Assembly (NCBI GenBank): GCA_964607105.1
Contig: CAZSJH010000001.1
Span: 1 to 51,509 of the forward strand
Direction of reading: 5' to 3'
Source of the DNA: an uncultured Rikenellaceae bacterium
Lineage (GTDB): Bacteria > Bacteroidota > Bacteroidia > Bacteroidales > VadinHA17
DNA length: 51,509 bases
Of the stretch, positions 47,039 through 51,509 are shown one piece after another. Both the position numbers and the translations under genes were made by a program. Below the pieces are notes generated by a model. That model searched no databases. It worked only from the letters and a program-made list of their open reading frames with translations, and had not been told where the DNA came from. How positions within the stretch are numbered: position 1 is the first letter of the stretch; each line of letters starts with the position of its first letter.

Positions 47039-47920
47039 TTATTTCTGGCCCTCCTTAAAAAGGATTTCTTTTTCTGATTTTGTAAGGCTATCATATCCAC
47101 CCTTGGATATTTTTTCCAGTATTTTGTTTATCTGCTCTTGATGATCAGTTTTCATTTTATTATAGTCCAGGTCGGTCATCGGTTTCTTATATGATACTTT
47201 CATCTTCTTGCGAGGTTTAAACCAGGTAGCAATTGTATCAATGATGCTGCTAATCCATTTGCCGGTATCTTTACCCTGTTTGTAACGAACGGCATAAATA
47301 TATCCAAAGACAGCCCCTCCTATATGGGCTATTTTCCCACCTGTATTAACTGAAAAGTCAAAAACGGAAGTAAGCAGGAAAATCCCAAGAGCTATATATT
47401 TTATCTTAACCCTTCCCAGCAGGAAGAGATGAACTGAATAATCAGGAACATATGCAGCCGTGGCTACAACTATCGCCATTACAGAAGCTGAAGCTCCCAT
47501 GGCAATGGAAACATGTATTGTTTCGGAAAAGGCAGGGAAAATATTAAAGGAAAGTATATAGAAAAGGGCTCCTGACAGTCCACCTAGAATATATACAGCC
47601 ACAAGCTTTTTCTGGTCGAAGTAATCACTGAATATCCTGCCAAACCAGTAAAGCCATAACATATTGAAAAGTATATGGAAGAAGCCTTCATGCAGGAACA
47701 TGTAGGTGATTACGGTCCAGGGTTTAAGTATAAGGTTTGAGAAGGAGGCAGGCACTGCAAGAAACTCAACTACTGAGGACGATATGCCCGGCTTATTTGC
47801 CAGTACGGCAATTATCTGCAAGATGGCCATCACGATAAAAACAGCTGAATTAATATAAATCAGCTTGAGAAGGTTTGTGCCCTTCCTGAATTGTTCCTTC
47901 AGTTCGCTGATAACAGTCAT
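47039..47920 (-). CDS. rhomboid family intramembrane serine protease (paralog 2, with ~70-aa cytoplasmic tail)
   Basis: 293 aa. HILFNMLWLYWFG, catalytic-Ser context GASASV, His context AHIGGAVFG. Confidence 0.85.
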   Translation of the reverse strand: MTVISELKEQFRKGTNLLKLIYINSAVFIVMAILQIIAVLANKPGISSSVVEFLAVPASFSNLILKPWTVITYMFLHEGFFHILFNMLWLYWFGRIFSDYFDQKKLVAVYILGGLSGALFYILSFNIFPAFSETIHVSIAMGASASVMAIVVATAAYVPDYSVHLFLLGRVKIKYIALGIFLLTSVFDFSVNTGGKIAHIGGAVFGYIYAVRYKQGKDTGKWISSIIDTIATWFKPRKKMKVSYKKPMTDLDYNKMKTDHQEQINKILEKISKGGYDSLTKSEKEILFKEGQK

Positions 47921-48663
47921 CAGTAAAGAGTGTTAGTTGTTTTCTTCCATATTCTTATAAGTATATATCCAAATATCATACCGCCGAGGTGAGCAGCGTG
48001 TGCGACATTACTTCCGGGTTGTGATATGGCGAAATATAATTCTATAGCCCCATAAGCTATTACAAACCATTTTGCCTTGATTGGTATAGGTGGAAACAGG
48101 AGCATGAGCCGGGTATTGGGAAAGAGTACTCCAAAAGCCAGCAGTATACCGAACACTGCTCCTGAAGCCCCAACAGTTGGTACATTCAGTAACATATTTA
48201 ACTGAAACATGTTGGGATCGGTGAAATTCCTGCCGGTCTGCCAAATTTCTGCTCCTCTATCCATTACCAGCTGCAGCTGATCGGGACTGATTGCCCCGAC
48301 AAGCTTATAATACTGTATGGCTATTACTGCTTCGTGAGTGAGAGCGGCTCCCAGGCCACTTACAAAATAGTAGATAAAGAATCTTCTAGGACCCCAGACT
48401 GATTCCAGTACACGGCCAAACATGAACAATGCAAACATATTAAAAAATAGGTGCGCAAAACCACCGTGCATGAACATATGGCTAATTATCTGGTAAGGCC
48501 TGAAATGGTCTGATTTGGGATAATAAAGGCCAAGTGTTGCGTTCAGATCAACATTAAAAACACCTATGGCGGTGTACATCGCAAGCAACATTATCACGTT
48601 AATAAGGATGAGATTCTTTACGACCGGGGGTATTCCTGAAAATCCTCTGCCAAAATTGTCCAT
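47920..48663 (-). CDS. rhomboid family intramembrane serine protease (paralog 1)
   Basis: 247 aa. HLFFNMFALFMFG, GASGAVFG, AHLGGMIFG. Its stop TGA shares one nucleotide (47920) with the ATG of paralog 2. Confidence 0.9.
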   Translation of the reverse strand: MDNFGRGFSGIPPVVKNLILINVIMLLAMYTAIGVFNVDLNATLGLYYPKSDHFRPYQIISHMFMHGGFAHLFFNMFALFMFGRVLESVWGPRRFFIYYFVSGLGAALTHEAVIAIQYYKLVGAISPDQLQLVMDRGAEIWQTGRNFTDPNMFQLNMLLNVPTVGASGAVFGILLAFGVLFPNTRLMLLFPPIPIKAKWFVIAYGAIELYFAISQPGSNVAHAAHLGGMIFGYILIRIWKKTTNTLY

Positions 48664-48765
48664 ATACCAAAATCTGTTTTAACAGTTGTCTTTTTATATA
48701 ACAATAGTCAGGCCAAGATAGTTAAGATTATTCTAAATACGACATATTGTCATCTTCATCAAAAT

Positions 48766-48794
48766 GATGTTGTGGGGCTTAGTGCCACAACATC
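48766..48794 (-). terminator. candidate mutL terminator or attenuating hairpin
   Basis: 10-bp perfect stem gatgttgtgg (48766..48775) / ccacaacatc (48785..48794), 9-nt loop. The - strand continues ATTTTGATG, so the T tract is weak. Confidence 0.4.
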
Positions 48795-48804
48795 CTGATA
48801 ATTA

Positions 48805-50595
48805 CTACCTCAGCCTCTTATCCAGCTCATCCAGTGTGATGATACTTATTATAGCTTTCCCCGAGGGAGAATAATTCGGGTTTGTGCACTGGAACAGCTT
48901 ATCAACCAGTTCTCTAATTTCCGGTATCTCAAGTGTCCTTCCATAAGGCACTGCTGCTGCCCTGGACATGCAGATGGCAATTTTATCCCTGTTACTGTCG
49001 CCGGGGTCTTTTTCAGTGGTTTTATACTCTTCCAATATTATCTCAATCATTTCCCTCGGGTCCTCATTCATGCTTGATGATGGTTGTGAATTGATGGATA
49101 TTGTATTATTACCCAGGTAGCGTACATCAAAGCCACAATTCTTCAAATCTTCTTCAATTTCTGACAGGATGGCCAGGTCAGACTGGTCAAGTTCAAGGGT
49201 TTTTGGGAACAGGCTTTTTTGTGCTACTACAGTATCTGTCTTGAGTGCATGTATGAATTTATCATACAATATCCTTTCATGAGCTCTTTTCTGGTCGATT
49301 ATCATAAGTCCCGATTTGACCGAACATATTATATACTTGTTTCTTACCTGGAATAATTTTTCCGGACCATGGATAGATTCTTCCATGTTTTTAGAGTCCG
49401 GGATAATTCTATCCTGGTCTGTAGTGTCAATTCCTGCATACAGTTTTTCCCATGCCGTGACGTTGGGGTACCTTTTGTACCTGTCTTCCTCACCGAAAGG
49501 ATTAAAATCGTTGTCAATATTTATGCGTGGCATTTCAGCAGGTTTCCTGCCTGCAGGCGGGATGTCTATTATGCCTTCATTATCAAAATCCAGTGAAGGG
49601 ACAATATTAAACTTGCCCAGGCTTTCCCTGACTGAGGCATGCAATATTTGCCATATCATTCTCTCATTCTCAAATTTTATCTCTGTTTTTGTCGGATGTA
49701 TATTAACATCTATCGTTGCCGGGTCAGCTTCAAGAAAAATAAAATATGCCGGTATTGCTTCCGGTGGTAAAATATTCTGGTATGCCTCCATTACTGCCTT
49801 ATGTAGGTAAGAGTGGCGCATATACCTCTTATTGACAAAAAAGAACTGTTCTCCGAATGTTTTCCTGGCATGTTCAGGCTTACCGATAAACCCGCTAATC
49901 TTGACCAGGCTGGTATCGGTTTCAATATTAATGAGGTTTTGATTAATACTTTTTCCGAAAACCCCGATTATCCTCTGTCTCATATTAGACTGTGCCAGGT
50001 TGAACAATTCCTTGTCATTATGATGGAGGCTGAACCTTATACCCGGATGAGCCAGGACTACTCTCTGGAACTCATTGATTATATGACGCATCTCGGTGGA
50101 AGCAGATTTCAGGAATTTACGCCGGGCCGGGACATTATAAAAAAGATTCTTGACTGCAATATTTGTCCCCGGGGGACAGCTCACGGGCTCCTGCAATTCA
50201 ACCTTTGAGCCATTAATTTTTACTATGGTACCTATCTCGCTTGCGTGAAGTCGGGTTTTTATTTCTACCATTGCCACGGCAGCTATTGATGCAAGAGCCT
50301 CGCCCCTGAACCCTTTGGTGCTTATTGCAAAGATATCTTCGGCAGCACTTATCTTTGATGTGGCATGTCTTTCAAAGCTCAGCCTGCAGTCTGTTTCTGA
50401 CATACCCGTACCATCATCGATAACCTGCACGAGTGAGCTTCCGGAATCTTTAATTATAACTTTAATAATTTTACTGTCTGCATCAACAGAGTTTTCCATC
50501 AATTCTTTCACCAGTGATGCAGGTCTCTGTATAACCTCACCTGCGGCTATCTGGTTTGCAACAGAGTCGGGTAAGAGCTTGATAATATCAGGCAT
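48805..50595 (-). CDS. mutL: DNA mismatch repair protein MutL
   Basis: The track start 50598 is TTG; ATG 50595 gives MPDIIKLLPDSVANQIAAGEVIQRPASLVKELMENSVDA, the canonical GHKL N-terminus. A C-terminal dimerisation region is present. Confidence 0.95.
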   Translation of the reverse strand: MPDIIKLLPDSVANQIAAGEVIQRPASLVKELMENSVDADSKIIKVIIKDSGSSLVQVIDDGTGMSETDCRLSFERHATSKISAAEDIFAISTKGFRGEALASIAAVAMVEIKTRLHASEIGTIVKINGSKVELQEPVSCPPGTNIAVKNLFYNVPARRKFLKSASTEMRHIINEFQRVVLAHPGIRFSLHHNDKELFNLAQSNMRQRIIGVFGKSINQNLINIETDTSLVKISGFIGKPEHARKTFGEQFFFVNKRYMRHSYLHKAVMEAYQNILPPEAIPAYFIFLEADPATIDVNIHPTKTEIKFENERMIWQILHASVRESLGKFNIVPSLDFDNEGIIDIPPAGRKPAEMPRINIDNDFNPFGEEDRYKRYPNVTAWEKLYAGIDTTDQDRIIPDSKNMEESIHGPEKLFQVRNKYIICSVKSGLMIIDQKRAHERILYDKFIHALKTDTVVAQKSLFPKTLELDQSDLAILSEIEEDLKNCGFDVRYLGNNTISINSQPSSSMNEDPREMIEIILEEYKTTEKDPGDSNRDKIAICMSRAAAVPYGRTLEIPEIRELVDKLFQCTNPNYSPSGKAIISIITLDELDKRLR

Positions 50596-50606
50596 CAATG
50601 AAAAGT

Positions 50607-50903
50607 TTACAGGTATAGGAAAACGTAAGTGATGAGGAAAAGTACCAGGACAATAACTATCAGTCGTATCAATGTGTATCTCTGGACCCTTGTTTTGTGC
50701 TGGCTGAAATAGTTGGTCATCGATCCACGTGTTATCCTCGGGACATATTCTTTGTCGTTATCCCCGTCCTCCTTAATACCCAGCTCAGCCTTTATTAAGC
50801 GCTCTCTATCTTCCCTCCGCTCTTTATCAGCGTCGTAATACATGGGAGTATAGTTGAACCCCTTTGGTTTGTACTGCTTGAAAAAGCTTGGTATTCCTGC
50901 CAT
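50607..50903 (-). CDS. small tail-anchored membrane protein of unknown function
   Basis: 98 aa. Charged N-terminal ~70 aa (KGFNYTPMYYDADKERREDRERL) and a single C-terminal TM (LIRLIVIVLVLFLITYVFLYL). Ends 11 nt before the mutL ATG. Confidence 0.5.
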   Translation of the reverse strand: MAGIPSFFKQYKPKGFNYTPMYYDADKERREDRERLIKAELGIKEDGDNDKEYVPRITRGSMTNYFSQHKTRVQRYTLIRLIVIVLVLFLITYVFLYL

Positions 50904-50918
50904 TATATTAATTTTTTA

Positions 50919-50926
50919 CAAAGATA
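50919..50926 (-). promoter_or_regulatory. -7 box (TATCTTTG on - strand) for the small protein-mutL unit
   Basis: The + strand reads caaagata, 16 nt upstream of ATG 50903, which implies a very short leader. Confidence 0.35.
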
Positions 50927-50945
50927 CTAATTATACCTAAGTCTT

Positions 50946-51509
50946 TCAATTCAGTAAGGTTCCACAATATTTGCAATGGGATGCGTCCTCATCATGATCT
51001 TCAGCAAGGCACCCCGGGCAGGTCTGTGTACTGGTATTACTTTTGCGGATGAGCTTTTGCTGGTAATTAATTTCTGCACTGACTATACCTGTTGGAACTG
51101 CTATTATAGCATAACCTGTGAGCATGGTAAGGCTGGCAATAAACTGACCCAGGCCTGTAGCCGGTGCTATGTCTCCATACCCAACCGTAGTGATTGTTAC
51201 TATTGTCCAGTATATTCCCTTTGGGATACTGGTAAAGCCGTTCACTGAACCTTCAATGAGATACATCATAGTACCTATTATGATTACTACAGTAGTAACA
51301 GCAACAAAAAAGACACCTATCTTGGCCTTGCTTGCAGAAAGTGATTTATTTATTATGGTACCTGCTACTGTATACCTTGACAGTTTGAGAACCCTGAATA
51401 TCCTCAGAAGTCGCAGAGCCCTTATAACAAGCAGACTTGCGCCACCCGAAAATATCAGGCCCAGGTAAGTTGGCAGGGTGGCAAGAAGGTCAATTATGCC
51501 ATAAAAACT
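50946..51509 (-). CDS. voltage-gated-type K+ channel, partial (N-terminus beyond the right edge), with C-terminal zinc-ribbon tail
   Basis: The track shows only 50946..51269. The frame stays open to 51509 and reads SFYGIIDLLATLPTYL...VIRALRLLRIFRVLKLSRY (S4-like Arg repeat), pore TTVGYGD, and tail CPGC...HCKYCG. Confidence 0.85.
   Translation of the reverse strand, partial: SFYGIIDLLATLPTYLGLIFSGGASLLVIRALRLLRIFRVLKLSRYTVAGTIINKSLSASKAKIGVFFVAVTTVVIIIGTMMYLIEGSVNGFTSIPKGIYWTIVTITTVGYGDIAPATGLGQFIASLTMLTGYAIIAVPTGIVSAEINYQQKLIRKSNTSTQTCPGCLAEDHDEDASHCKYCGTLLN

Overview
This is a gene-dense chromosomal segment with about 40 protein genes on both strands and short intergenic gaps. I assign it to Bacteroidota because it has a SusC/SusD pair, a T9SS C-terminal sorting domain, an S16 with a long tail, and TAnnTTTG -7 boxes in front of many transcription units. 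Most genes are housekeeping: rnhA, rnhB, prfB (with its programmed +1 frameshift), methylmalonyl-CoA mutase mutA/mutB, recX-prmC, ribD, trxA, dnaE, rpsP-rimM, tsaC, dapD, membrane pyrophosphatase and mutL. There are also exported peptidases of families S46, M20 and S9. By eye I found no rRNA, tRNA, CRISPR array, transposase, integrase or recognisable defence gene. Two genes run off the window edges and are missing from the ORF track: a DUF5916 protein at 1..2319 and a K+ channel at 50946..51509. Several track ORFs start at upstream TTG codons that I trimmed to conserved ATG starts (dnaE, ribD, mutL, the DUF1987 gene). Candidates for new biology, in my order of interest: (1) a secreted TPR/caspase-fold protein 6 nt upstream of a periplasmic beta-propeller sensor fused to a PP2C phosphatase (21087..26603); (2) a small T9SS-tailed protein paired with a surface protein carrying collagen triplets and a C1q-like head (7846..9648); (3) two copies of a TTGAATCG-rich hairpin repeat in direct orientation bracketing the S9 peptidase gene, plus a long hairpin with tandem G.A mismatches in its 3' region (39754..42530); (4) a near-perfect 90-bp in-frame tandem repeat expanding the S16 tail; (5) an orphan SiaC-like DUF1987 gene inside a housekeeping operon. 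All functional calls come from reading the translations and from motif memory. No database search was run.
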